A DNA stretch of 64,000 bases from Macrostomum lignano (taxonomy: Eukaryota), in NCBI GenBank assembly GCA_002269645.1, contig NIVC01000655.1, forward strand, positions 1-64,000. The letters are read 5' to 3'. Every line of letters starts with the position of its first letter. The stretch's first letter is position 1. The position numbers were made by a program, and so were the translations under genes. Under the pieces are notes generated by a model. The model had not been told where the DNA came from, made no database searches, and saw nothing but the letters and a program-made list of their open reading frames with translations. This document shows, piece after piece, positions 14,271-26,800 of this stretch.

Positions 14271-14719
14271 TATCGCCTTTGTTGTATTAATGTTACTGAA
14301 AAAGAACCAGAAAAATTAAAGTTACGATTGTAAAAGCGCTGCCAAGAATTTGCTTTTAACCAGCTTCGTGTCCCTCAATTATTTACTTGAGTTCGCGCCG
14401 CCATAGTGAGCCCTTATCTCTAAATTGGGTGACAGCTCATTATCTCAGTAACTCTAATTTGATATATTAATCAATTTAAATAATTTGGATTTTATCGATT
14501 CCTAAATTTGTGTCCGTTTATAACTTTAAGCCACTTTCAAGCATTTTTAGTGGCTCAGCTTTTTTTGTTTTCCTTTGTCTTCTGATCTATTTGTAGCTTT
14601 CTTCCAGACCTGCTTGGCTCTTCAGATACCTGATCTGCGTGCTTAATCAATTGATTCATTTTGCTATTTCTATTTCATTTATTACCTATATTCTGCTTCC
14701 AAAAGGTGTGCTTTGGTTT

Positions 14720-15235
14720 GCACATTGATAGTAATGTACACCACCTGCAGTAATGTACACCACATGTTTTGTACATTGGTAGTTATGTACATTGTACATC
14801 AACTGCAGTAATGTACATCACCTGCTTTGTACATTGATAGTAATGTACATCACATGCTTTGTACATTGATAGTAATGTACATCAAATGCTTTGTACATTG
14901 ATAGTAATGTACATCACATGCTTTGTACATTGATAGTAATGTACATCACATGCTTTGTACATTGATAGTAATGTACATCACATGCTTTGTACATTGATAG
15001 TAATGTACATCACATGCTTTGTACATTGATAGTAATGTACATCTAATGCTTTGTACATTGATAGTAATGTACACCACATGTTTTGTACATTGGTAGTTAT
15101 GTACATTGTACATCAACTGCAGTAATGTACACCATATGGTTTGTACATTGATAGTAATGTACACCACGTGCAGTAATGTACATCACATGCTTTGTACATT
15201 GATAGTTTTGTGCATCGCATGCTTAATTGTACATT
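14720..15235. repeat. 32-bp minisatellite GTACATTGATAGTAATGTACATCACATGCTTT
   Basis: Read directly from the sequence. Confidence 0.95.
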
Positions 15236-15599
15236 GATGGTTGTGTACACCAATGTGTACACTAAAAGTGCGAAACTTTCTAGCAGGCCAATCGCAAAGA
15301 ATACGCAGATTTCCTAGGCTTCTATTGAAAAAGTGAATTTCTCTATTTTCATGGCCTGTACCTTTTATCCTGCCTGCAACTAAAACTTTCTCATAAGGAG
15401 ATTCTGGTATTTTTCTGGCACTCCCGCCAATTCGCACTTTCACCGATTCTTTGACTTCATTGAAGTGCATTCAACTCGACTATGTTGGCTGCAAATATAT
15501 AACTGTGGGATTTAAGAATAACTTATTCATCCCTTCATGTGTTGCTTGACTTGAAAATTTCATAATACTTAACTATCACTTTCTCTGCCCCTCCTCACT

Positions 15600-16695
15600 A
15601 TCCACCCTATCTCTACACAATCCACCTCATTCTACCCACCCCATCTGACTCTGCCCCACCCCACATCACCCTACCCATCTCACCCCACTCTACCCCTTCA
15701 TCTCACTCTAGCTACCCCACCTCACTCTGTTCCACCTCATCTCTACCTACCTCACTCTGTCCACCCCACCTCACTCTGCCCACCCCACCTCACTCTACCC
15801 CATCTCATGCCACCCCAAAACCCTCTACCCCACCTCACGCCACCGCAAAACTCTCTACCCCACCTCACGCTACCCCAAAACCCTCTACCCCACCTCACGC
15901 CACCCCAAAACCCTCTACCCCACCTCACGCTACCCCAAAACCCTCTACCCCACCTCACGCCACCCCAAAACCCTCTACCCCACCTCACGCCACCGCAAAA
16001 CCCTCTACCCCACCTCACGCCACCCTAAAACCTTCTACCCCACCTCACGCCACCGCAAAACCCTCTACCCCACCTCACGCCACCCTAAAACCTTCTACCC
16101 CACCTCACGCCACCCTAAAACCCTCTACCCCACCTCACGCCACCCTAAAACCTTCTACCCCACCTCACGCCACCGTAAAACCCTCTACCCCACCTCACGC
16201 CACCCCAAGCCCAAAACCCTCTACCCCACCTCACGCCACCCTAAAACCCTCTACCCCACCTCACGCCACCGCAAAACCCTCTACCCCACCTCACGCCACC
16301 GCAAAACCCTCTACCCCACCTCACGCCACCGTAAAACCCTCTACCCCACCTCACGCCACCGCAAAACCCTCTACCCCACCTCACGCCACCGCAAAACCCT
16401 CTACCCCACCTCACGCCACCGCTAAACCCTCTACCCCACCTCACGCCACCCCAAAACCCTCTACCCCACCTCACGCCACCGCAAAACCCTCTACCCCACC
16501 TCACGCCACCGCAAAACCCTCTACCCCACCTCACGCCACCCAAAAAACCCTCTACCCCACCTCACGCCACCGCAAAACCCTCTACCCCACCTCACGCCAC
16601 CGCAAAACCCTCTACCCCACCTCACGCCACCGCAAAACCCTCTACCCCACCTCACGCCACCCCAAAACACTCTACCCCACCTCACGCCACCCCAC
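15600..16695. repeat. 30-bp C-rich minisatellite CCACCTCACGCCACCGCAAAACCCTCTACC, upstream of the RIC3 exon
   Basis: Read directly; degenerate 5' flank. Confidence 0.97.
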
Positions 16696-16707
16696 CCGGC
16701 TCCGCAG

Positions 16708-18260
16708 CCGGTGGCGGCAGCCTTCAATTCCGGGTTGGCCCAACTGGGCATCGCCCTGGCGGTCGCAGTGGCCTGTCTCTCGGCCATCTACCCGGGTCTG
16801 CTGCGCCCGCTTCTGTCAGCCGTCGGGACTCGTCTATTCCAATCATCGAGTGCTGATAGCAGCGGTAGCGATAGCAACGCGTTGAATCCCCAGCAACCGT
16901 TGTCAAGGCCGCCGCCGGGACCGAATCCGCACCTGCAAGGTCGGCAGCAGCATCAACAACCGCAGGCGTCTCTTCTACTAGCCATAGTGCTGCCAATCTA
17001 CAGTGTGGCAATCGTGTGCTTTCTCATCTACACCCTAGTGAGGTTTCTCAGCGTCCGTCCCACCCGACGGCAGCTGTCTATGGCCGCGGCCGCTGATGCT
17101 GCTGCAGTCGCCAACGACAAGGCTGTCGTCTACGATGCTTCGTTGAGAGAATTTCGTCGCTCCGGCGAGCGTCAGTTTACTCCGATTTCTAAGAAAATGG
17201 ATGGCGTGAGTCAGTTCCTAAATTTTTATTCAACTCGATGTAGCTTGGCTTTTGAGTAGAGATTTTATTATTGAATACTTGTTGAAGAATTGCATCATAG
17301 AAGAAAGCTCCTCGTGTTTCCTAGAAGCAATTCCGTTTCTGAGAAAAATTCTTTGTGGTTCCAAAAAACAGGCTATAGGAGTCCTAAAACAGATTATATA
17401 TAACTTCTAGAAACAGACGTTCTGATTCCTAAAAACAAACTTTTGATTCCCGGAAGCAGACTTTGAGATTCCTAGAAACATATTTTCTGGTTCCTAGAAA
17501 CGCTTTCTGATTCCTTAAAACAGGCTTTCTGATTCCTAGAAACAGACTTTCTGATTCCTAGAAACAGGCCTTCTGATTCCTAGAAACAGGCTTTCTGATT
17601 CCTAGAAACAGACTTTCTGATTCCTAGAAACAGGCTTTTTGATTCCTAGAAACAGGCCTTCTGATTCCTAGAAACAGGCTTTCTGATTCCTAGAAACAGG
17701 CCTTCTGATTTCTAGAAACAGGCTTTCTTATTCCTAGAAACAGGCCTTCTGATTTCTAGAAACAGGCTTTCTGATTCCTTAAAACAGGCTTTCTGATTCC
17801 TTAAAACAGGCTTTCTGATTCCTAGAAACAGGCTTTCTGATTCCTAGAAACAGGCCTTCTGATTTCTAGAAACAGGCTTTCTTATTCCTAAAAACAGCTT
17901 CTCTCTCATTCCTAAAGCGTCATAGCTAGAAATTCACAAACAGAAACGAACTGTTCAATTCCTAGAAACCCTTCCCTCAAACAGCATTCGCAGCCATCCA
18001 ACGAACCGCCTTTGGAATCGTTGGAGCGCGACCTTCAACGCCTGGTGGAGCGATTGGACGCCAGGGAGCCGCAGCAGCAGCGGCGACACTACGGCGACGC
18101 CGATGTCGGCTACGGAATCGACAAAAACTCGGCGGCCGAACTGGCCGACCGGGCCGCGCTGCGGCGAGAGCTGGCCGCCACCGAAGTGCGGATGATGCGG
18201 CTGCTGGAGCAGATCCGGAGAGGCGAGTTGAACGCGTCTGAGGACGACTGCGCTAGCTAG
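16708..18260 (+). CDS. RIC3: RIC-3-like nicotinic receptor chaperone; exons 16708-17205 and ~17985-18260; the start-codon exon is upstream (candidate at 14403-14405)
   Basis: The order is hydrophobic segment IALAVAVACLSAIYPGLLRPLL, Pro/Gln-rich spacer, TM2 LLLAIVLPIYSVAIVCFLIYTLVRFL (cf. RIC3 IIPIYGFGIFLYILYILFKL), then coiled coil RRELAATEVRMMRLLEQI. Acceptor TCCGCAG| ends at 16707; donor GGC|GTGAGT at 17206. Confidence 0.8.
17400..17970. repeat. 22-bp minisatellite TTCCTAGAAACAGGCTTTCTGA, RIC3 intron
   Basis: Read directly from the sequence. Confidence 0.95.
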
Positions 18261-18329
18261 GGGCGTAGGGAGGATTTTCGAGGGTTTTAATTTGTTAGAT
18301 TTGGGAGATTTTGAATCTAGAATCTGGGG

Positions 18330-18795
18330 AAAATCTTCCCTAGAAGTATTGGAAATAGGAATCTGAGGAATTTTTCCTTGGGGTACTTTTATTTAGGGAG
18401 AATCCTCCCTTTGGAGTATTTGGATCTGAGGGGAGAATCTTCCCTTTGGGATATTTGGATCTGAGGGGAGAATCTTCCCTTTGGGATATTTGGATCTGAG
18501 GGGAGAATCTTCCCTTTGGGATATTTGGATCTGAGGGGAGAATCTTCCCTTTGGGATATTTGGATCTGAGGGGAGAATCTTCCCTTTGAGATATTTGGAT
18601 CTAGGAGAGAATCTTCCCTTTGAGATATTTGGATCTAGGAGAGAATCTTCCCTTTGGGGTATTTGGATTTGGAAGAGAATCTTCCCTTTGGGGTATTTGG
18701 ATTTGGAAGAGAATCTTCCCTTGGGGGTATTTAGATTTGGGAGAGAATCTTCCCTGTGGGGTATTTAGATTTGGGAGAGAATCTTCCCTGTGGGG
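18330..18795. repeat. ~34-36-bp minisatellite GAGAATCTTCCCTTTGGGATATTTGGATCTGAGGG, 3' of RIC3
   Basis: Read directly from the sequence. Confidence 0.95.
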
Positions 18796-19509
18796 GTATT
18801 ACGTTCGACCCTATAATTAACAATGAGTACTAACTGCTTTTCTAGTGTAACGATTGCTGAGTTGCTGCCTCATGCTAGTTGCGGGTTCTTTGTAGCGCAA
18901 TTTGCACATGATTACGCGTAGTAGTAGTATTACGCGTAGTAGTTTTTGTACTACTACGCGTAATACTTACTAAAGATATTTTCCACGCGCTGCAAAACTT
19001 TTCTGTACAGATTTAGTTTGGCATTTTCTATATGCTTAGAGCTCATAGCTGTTTAGTTTTTTCCTTTGCTAATATGACTACTTAGAGTAGTGTAGAGTGA
19101 ACAAGTTTTTTATCAGTGGCAATTTTTTTTAATATTCATTTCACCGATTCTAGTCAAAAAATATAAATATTGCATAATTATTGCGATCGACCGAATCTCT
19201 GTAAAGGTTTTTTGTGTTTTCATTTTTGTGTTTCTACCACAATAATAATAAATTTCACAAAAAATAATTAACTGCTAAAATTATAATCTGAATCTATTTT
19301 AAGATCTTAGTTAAGATCTTAAAAATCAAGGGCGATATTTTCTTAATTTTTTACTATTTTTTATTAAATAAAACTCCCACAGTCTACTGTTAAGTAGTGC
19401 TATTACAGACTTCCTTGATAAAATACTTGTTTAGTGGCTAGAAATTTAGGAAGCATTCATTCTAGATTAGAAAATCATTTTGAATAGCTATTGTTTAAAA
19501 TTGGGTTCC

Positions 19510-19925
19510 TTCCTCATTCCTAGAAACAGGCCCCATCCTCATTCCTAGAAACAGCCCCATCCTCATTCCTAGAAACAGCCCATCCTCATTCCTAGAAACA
19601 GCCCCCATCCTCATTCCTAGAAACAGCCCCATCCTCATTCCTAGAAACAGCCCCCATCCTCATTCCTAGAAACAGCCCCATCCTCATTCCTAGAAACAGC
19701 CCATCCTCATTCCTAGAAACAGCCCCATCCTCATTCCTAGAAACAGCCCCATCCTCATTCCTAGAAACAGCCCATCCTCATTCCTAGAAACAGCCCCCAT
19801 CCTCATTCCTAGAAACAGCCCCATCCTCATTCCTAGAAACAGCCCCCATCCTCATTCCTAGAAACAGCCCATCCTCATTCCTAGAAACAGCCCCCCATCT
19901 ACATTCCTAGAAACAGCCTCCTTAT
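19510..19925. repeat. 22-25-bp minisatellite TCCTCATTCCTAGAAACAGCCCCA
   Basis: Read directly from the sequence. Confidence 0.95.
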
Positions 19926-20439
19926 TTGTAGAAACAAACCTCCATCGCGATTCCTAGATACGCATCGAATTATTGTTTTTTTGAAAAAATGTAATGTATA
20001 CAACATGTATTTAGCGCATTCAGTCTGCCAGCCTGCTGAGAGTAGCGGTTTGACCCACAGTTATGCATATGTAGTTAGAATAATACATTACAATATCTAA
20101 GTTCATCTGTTAGTCCTCCTGCAAAAAAACAGAATACCTTGAAACTAAGATCTTAAAAAAGTGTCACAGGATGAGCCTCAAAGCTCAAGGCACAGGAAGT
20201 CAGTCGACGACGTACATACGAGTATTTAGCGCTGTGGGCGCTCCAGACCTCGTAGTTGGGGTGCCTGCAGCAGTCGCTGCTGCACCAGCCGTGTGCAGTA
20301 CAGTAGCAACTTGGCGCGGATGAATTGGCCAACTAGCTGGAGTCGCAGACGATGCAACACGTTTGGACGGACTGAGGGAAGTGATGAAAAGGGGGCGCCA
20401 TGCAGCTAGAGGGGCGCCAGCTACAGGGGAGACAGCTGG

Positions 20440-21399
20440 AGCGATTCTGAAGTCCACTGTTACACTGACGGCTCAATGAGGCATGGTCTTTCCGGCTTCG
20501 GAGCTTGCGTCTTCTTCAATGGAGAAGTGGTGTGGAGCTACTCCCAGCACACTGGACTCAACTCAACTCCAGTGTTTTTCAGAGCGAGATGCTTCCCATC
20601 AGCTCCTGCGCGGCAGAGCTGCGCCGAAGGCAGCTCAGCGATCGAAAATTTATTTTTCACTCTGACAGCCAAGCAGGCCTTCGGGCCCTCTGCCGCTCCA
20701 GATCTGTCCTGGACTGCAACTGCAACGCCCAGCTCATCGGGCTTGCGCTAGGCAACCAGGTGGAGCTAAGATGGATCCTGGGCTGTGCTGGTTTCCTCGG
20801 CAACGAGCGGGCTGACTTGCTGGGGCCGGGCCCGGGGGCCCTCATCCCCGCCTCGGTGATCAACTCCCGCGTTAAGCGCTGGACTGATTCCGAGCATCTC
20901 CGCAGGTGGCACGAAACCCTGAATTGCAGGCAATCCCGTGCTGCCGTCCCCTGTCCCTCCACCCTCCTGTGTAGAGCCCTCCTCAGGCTCAACCGCAGAG
21001 ACCTCAGAGCAGTTAGCATGGTCGTCCTTCAGGGCCAGTACCCGAGGAGCGGTGCCCCTTCTGCCGCTCAGGCAGTGAAAACGCCGAGCACTATCTGCCA
21101 CTGCCCGGTTTTGACCAGGGCCAGGCTCACTCACCTCGGGCCAAACCCGGTTCTCTCCGACGTTTGCAGGCCCGAGAGCATCCCGCTGCTCGCCCGGTAC
21201 CTCAGGGACACGGGACGAGCTGACTTCTTCCCTACCGCTGGTGAGGAGGACCGCGCTGCAGGCGAGACCGACGGGTCCCCCTGAGCGACATCGCTTCGAT
21301 GGAAGTCATTGGTCGCCAGGGCTAGCGGCATGGGCGGTCTCCTCCGCCTCCTCGCTGCATCCGCCGGACGCCCCCTGCAGCTAAGTCAAGTAAGTCAAG
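20440..21399 (+). mobile_element. 5'-truncated non-LTR retrotransposon 3' end with RNase H domain (LOA/R1/I-group-like), degenerate
   Basis: YTDGS at 20461, FQSEM, FHSDSQA and W..G..G..GNERAD are RNase H motifs. A C-terminal ICHCPVLTRARLTHLG is followed by a stop at 21284 and a tandem tail (TAAGTCAAG)x2 at 21382-21399. There is a frameshift at an AACTC duplication near 20560. Confidence 0.75.
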
Positions 21400-22204
21400 C
21401 TACAGGGGGAGGCGCCAGCTACAGAGGAGACGCCAGCTACAGAGGGGAGACGCCAGCTTTAGTCGAGAGAACCTGCCACAAGCAAAGGCTTGGCTGTGAA
21501 ATTTTCATCCTCGTAAATCTGCCACAAAACTAGCTAGTCGCTGAACAATAGATCATGCGGGATTTTTCTGTTTGTCTGGGCAATAAAAACTTATGCATTG
21601 CGAGTAATAGGTGCGGTTGGATAAGTGCGTGCTGTAGTTTGGGTACGTCACTGGCTGGTCATGGCGAATAAAAGAGGCATGCGCCTTCGAAGCGTACAGA
21701 CACTGCTAGATCCTTCTCTGTCTGGCTGTGAATTGCCTTTTCTGTGAATTTCCTTTGTAAAGTGTCTTTTCTGCAAATTGTTTTTTTTCTGTGTATTGTA
21801 TTCTCTGTGAATTATCATTACTGTAAATTGTCTTTTCGTGAATTGTCTTTTCTATGAATCGCCTATTGTGTGAATTGTTTAGATTTTTTGTTAACGGTGA
21901 ATAATACTTCTTAACGCGATTATTATTGTTACACCAAAAATGGTCTGCACTGCTATAGGTTATTAGTCCAGTATGCCAAAAAATGCGCTTTCACTAAAAG
22001 TTTCACTGGAAGACACAGTTGATTGATGGCAGGGCTGCAGGTTCTGTGCCCCCTCAGCGTGCCTACGCCCAACTCCACTGTGGATTAAAGACATACTTTT
22101 TTCTCTTTCTTTCCGTGACCTTTTTCGGCTAGGGAAACTGTTATTCGCTTATAGAAGACAGCAAACTAGGGCTGGTTCATTCGTACTGGAACTTTTGTTC
22201 AAAG

Positions 22205-22800
22205 AATCCGGCTGAGATTTGGATAGAATCAGGGTGAGATTAGGACAGAATCAGGGTGAGATTGGGACAGAATCAGGATGAGATTTGGATAGAATCAGGA
22301 TGAGATTAGGATAGAATCAGGGTGAGATTAGGACAGAATCAGGGTGAGATTGGGACAGAATCAGGATGAGATTTGGATAGAATCAGGATGAGATTAGGAT
22401 AGAATCAGGGTGAGATTAGGATAGAATCAGGGTGAGACTACGATAGAATCAGGGTGAGATTAGGATAGAATCAGGGTGAGATTTTGCGACAAAATCAGGT
22501 GAGATTATGAGAGAGTCAGGGTGAGATTAGGATAGAATCAGGGTGAGACTAGGATAGAATCAGGGTGAGATTAAAAGAGAGACTCAGGATGAGATTAGGA
22601 GAGAGAGTTGGGATGAGATTAGGAGAGAGTTACATGTACGGCTCGTAGGATGCGATTAGGTGAGAGAGTCAAGGTGAGATTAGGATAAAATCAAGGTGAG
22701 ATTTTGAGACAAAATCAGGTGAGATTATGAGAGAGTCGGGTGAGATTAGGATAGAATCAGGGTGAGATTGCGAGACAGAATCATGTGAGATTAGGAGAGG
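22205..22800. repeat. ~21-bp minisatellite GATTAGGATAGAATCAGGGTGA
   Basis: Read directly from the sequence. Confidence 0.92.
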
Positions 22801-23841
22801 AATCTACAGTTAAACAAATGGGCTGCAGTGTATGTTTGCACTCCTCTAAAGCCTTTTTATTCCCATTCTACATATAGCTCTCATAATGCACACGCAGACT
22901 CAACACAATTGTCAAGAAATTGGCAGCCCAGCTATACTCATAAATCTTCGCGTGTGCGCGTTAAACAGCAGCAATGCAGGCTATGCAGAGTCTGATACGG
23001 AAAACGTGACTACAATGTAAAGAAGTTTCAGTCCTGGGCAACATATCGGTTTAGTTACCAATGGCAACAAGCTGAAGCTTTGGGACACTTTTTTGCACAC
23101 GAGTGGGTTTGAGAACTGTTTCGCAATGCAGTTAATTTATAGTAATCTTAGAGTAAGATTCCTGTCTAAGAATTTCTTAAATCTTAAAACGTTTTTGTTT
23201 AAATACACCCGCAAATCGTGTTATGAAATTCATTCATAACAGGGTTTCCCGCCTGTTGAAGGCGCCGACGCCATCAGGATGACGACCGAATGCTTAAGAG
23301 ACTCGTTGATGATGTCCAGCACTTGAGGTTTGCCCAGCTGTTTAAAGACTTGGTCAGCGATGTTTCACAGTCGCAACAGTGTGTCCATAGTCACTTACGT
23401 ACGGACTATGTACGGAACAGCTAGTTCTTCAGGCAGTAATTCATTATGGATATCATATCAATACCGTGACTGGTGTGCTGTGTACTTAAACTCCGAGTCA
23501 TAGTCAAATATAAGTACGCAAATACACGCTTGTAAACACTATATATTTTGGCATATAGTGGGTAGCACCTGGCATCCCTGCTATATTTAATTCGCATGCA
23601 GTGAAAGATCACCAGTGGGAGATGTTTGTGTTGCGGGTTATCTTACTTATAGGGAATTATTAACCAGACCAATCATAATTCCTAGGGAAAGGGGATTTTT
23701 CCACGTAGAAGCAGCCAGCAGTTTAGCCAATGGCTCTCAGCCTTAGACTTTCTACCTGAAGGCTAAACCCTAATCCAGGTAAAAGAGAGATCTACAAACG
23801 TACACAGGTAGTCTACTAGCGCCTGACACCGAGATCGAACA

Positions 23842-26800
23842 ATGTCAGCAAAGGTTGCCGCTCACGGCAAACGAACTCTCAGCCCCATGGCCTGCAACGC
23901 CAATCCATCAGCAGTCAAGCCGACTCCAACCAGCGAAACAGCAACCGGAAGCCGCGGTCACCTGCAGCGTCTGCTGCTGGACTGCATGCGCAAGAGCACC
24001 GTCCGAGGCCTGCCGCGCATTCTCAACTCTCGCTCCGCCTGCCTTCGAGCCCTCTGGACAATGGCCGTCTTGGTGTTCTTCGGCTTCCTGCTCTATAACA
24101 TTGTGAGCTTGAGCATCGTCTATCGGCGAGGCGACGTTGTCATGATGTGGACGCCGTGGACTCCGCGACCGCCGTTTCCCAGCGTCACCGTGTGTGACGC
24201 CAGCCCAGCAACACGACAGGCGCTTCAGCTGCTGCCGTTGACGCCGAGAGACTATGCTCGACGGATTCGGGAATTAGCGGCCAACCAGTCTGATGACAAC
24301 CTGACGGCCTATCTGGAGGAGCTGCTCACTCCCATGGCCTATCACGATCAGCTGGACGCGGATGTGCTACGCGCTGCGGCAGCCCAGGATCCTCTGATTC
24401 TAACCGAGAGCTGTCGGGTCCACTACGTCTCAGCTGATGGCATCAAGCGGTCGCGACCCTGCGGTCGGGTGCGAAAAATACAGGTTGGATGCGCGTACGA
24501 GCAGAGAAGGAGGCTCCCGATCGAGAGATCCCATCTGGGGTCGGACTTTTGCTTTGGGCTCCATAATATAACACAAGTTTAGATCCCCGTTTAGAGTGAT
24601 CACATGACCTTTACGAGCTAGATACACATACGCACTCAAGCATTCCGTCATCACCCCGACGCCGTCGGCACCTTCAGCAGGTAGGATCAGGTGACTATGG
24701 ACACGCTGTTGCGAAGTTCCTCTTTCGAGGCTTGATTATTGAAACTAGAGAAATTCGTATCAGGGTGCAGTCCATAGTCAACGAAGTCAGAACTGATGCA
24801 AGCACACTTGGTCGACGGACTGATGAAATTTGGAGGCTTGGCAAAGCTGCACTGAAATCCGACCTTCTGGAATAATCGTCGAATATCTCGACGGTCCGGA
24901 AGGCTGGCGACTTGATTATTGTCTGAGAAGGTGCGCAACAAAAAGTTAGCCTGTGTTCTTGAATTTTGTGTTCCGGAGCGGCAAAATATTGTAAAGGGGG
25001 ATGGTGAAATTCCCCCTTGGTAGTTCGACGGGCGGAAAATGGCTTGGTATTCCTAATGTTAATTAGGGTCAGGGTGCCGGCTAGCTCGTCCTCGGCGAAA
25101 TCCCTTCTGAGGTGGGTTGGCAACAACGGCTGCCAGCGGATTGGCTTCTCCATGTCCGTGCCTCCTGGAGCACATGTCCGAAAATTATTTGTCTTCGCTG
25201 TCTGAGGATGCCACTCAGCGGTGGGATGCCGGTTTTTGCCATCAGAGCGTGGCTCCACATGGGCGAGAATAGCAGTAAAGTCCTTAGGCCGCATTCAAGT
25301 CTTCATGCCGGCTTGTAGTGGTGGGCACAGCCTCTGAGGCCGTATGAGGAGGATAAGCTGGTCGTCCATCGATGTGGTGAAGACATGTACGTGGATGGAC
25401 GGCTTAATCCCTGTGCGAATGGACGGTTCCATCTGCAATCCAAAAACCGATCAACTAGAATTGTACTCATAAGTTTCCTGCATGACAATTTACAAACCCT
25501 AAGGTTCCCGGCTTCTTCTCCTGCTCAACAATCGACGTCTCAGGCGAGGGCGAAGCGTACCGCCTGGTGCTGCACATCCTGCTGGACTCGGACACTGACA
25601 GCCTGCGCTGCAACCGCTGCATCATGGACTACGCGGAGAGTCTGAAAATTGGCGCAATTGTCTACCTGCACGAGCGCGAAGTCTACCCAGTTGACATTGG
25701 CAACGGCCTGCGCCTGTCGCCTGGTACACAGAGCTTCGTTCATGTGAAGGTCAAGCAGACAGTCTACCAGCGCGACTGTCTCGCTGCGACACCGGAACTG
25801 CTCGATCTGTACATTTCTGGCCGGCAATGGCGAGTGAAGTACACAACGGATCTCTGCACCTACCTGGGCAGGCATGACACATATAAGGTACGCGGAATTG
25901 TAAAAATTTTATTCTGCGACGCAAAGTGAACGTCGCTCTTAGGAATTAGTCATGCTTTGCTATCGCTATAAAATCAAATGTTAAATTACTATCAACAGAA
26001 TAGATTTAGCGACTAGAAAACTTGAAATTACCTGGACAAACAGCTAAATGCTTCTTCACTGTATATAAAGCCTACGCGCCGACCTAGATTTATGGCTGTC
26101 GTTTACGGAGACCGACTGAATGTAAGTACAGTTTGAACTATCTAAACATTAAAACATTAATCAAGCGTGGATACAACAGACAAAACTGTGTACGAGGTAT
26201 ATTGGGTATACTCGCTCTTTTAAGGAGAGAAATTTCCTCTTGGAAACGTACTTTTATACACGAATAGACGCTGGAATGAGGTCCATGAAGTTATTTTTTG
26301 GACTGAGGTGACTATTGAGGAGTTGTTCGCTCTTCAATCAAATTTGGATCATTTTTGTTTACTTATAACGGAGTTCGCATCAATGGGTGTGATAGTCTAT
26401 GGAACTGGATTGAATAGCGGCTGTCTGAATTTGCCTCCCACAGGAGGTGTGCAACTGCTCCATGAGCTGCCTGCCCCACTCCCAGCCTGACGAGCACACG
26501 GACGATGCTGCCTACCCGCCGTGCCTCAAGCAGAACTTGACGCCCTCGTCCAAGTGATTGGACCTGACGCATCTCACCTGCCTGATGCAGCTGGACGGGA
26601 AGCTGCTACCAAAGCGCGAGTCAAGCAAGCCTCGCTGCGACCCGCTGTGCACTCAGGTCGGCTTCACGGTGGCTCGCAGCGAGGCCAAGGGAATTGACGC
26701 CAATTCTGCGTTGGACTTCTTTCAGCGTTACGTGTTTAACACGTCGGCGCATCGGCTTATGCAAGTGAGTGTGGCAGCTGTTAGCTGATATTGAACAGAA

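Noticed and set aside
14378-14406. Minus-strand gene start ATGGCGGCGCGAACTCAA|GTAAAT
   Set aside because: It reads only 9 codons to a stop, and there is no downstream exon before the CCDC43 3' end.
15183-15470. Minus-strand 95-aa ORF between CCDC43 and RIC-3
   Set aside because: No recognisable motif, it runs into the 32-bp repeat, and no supporting exon chain was found.
7376-19925. Regular 22-36-bp repeat arrays as CRISPR
   Set aside because: The units are head-to-tail with no unique spacers, there are no cas genes, and the context is eukaryotic intron.
25202-25235. Hammerhead ribozyme (CTGAGGA plus a short stem)
   Set aside because: The required GAAA after stem II is missing.
26555-26557. 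Selenocysteine codon in DEG/ENaC
   Set aside because: The position does not align with a conserved Cys of the thumb domain, and I saw no convincing SECIS after 29416.
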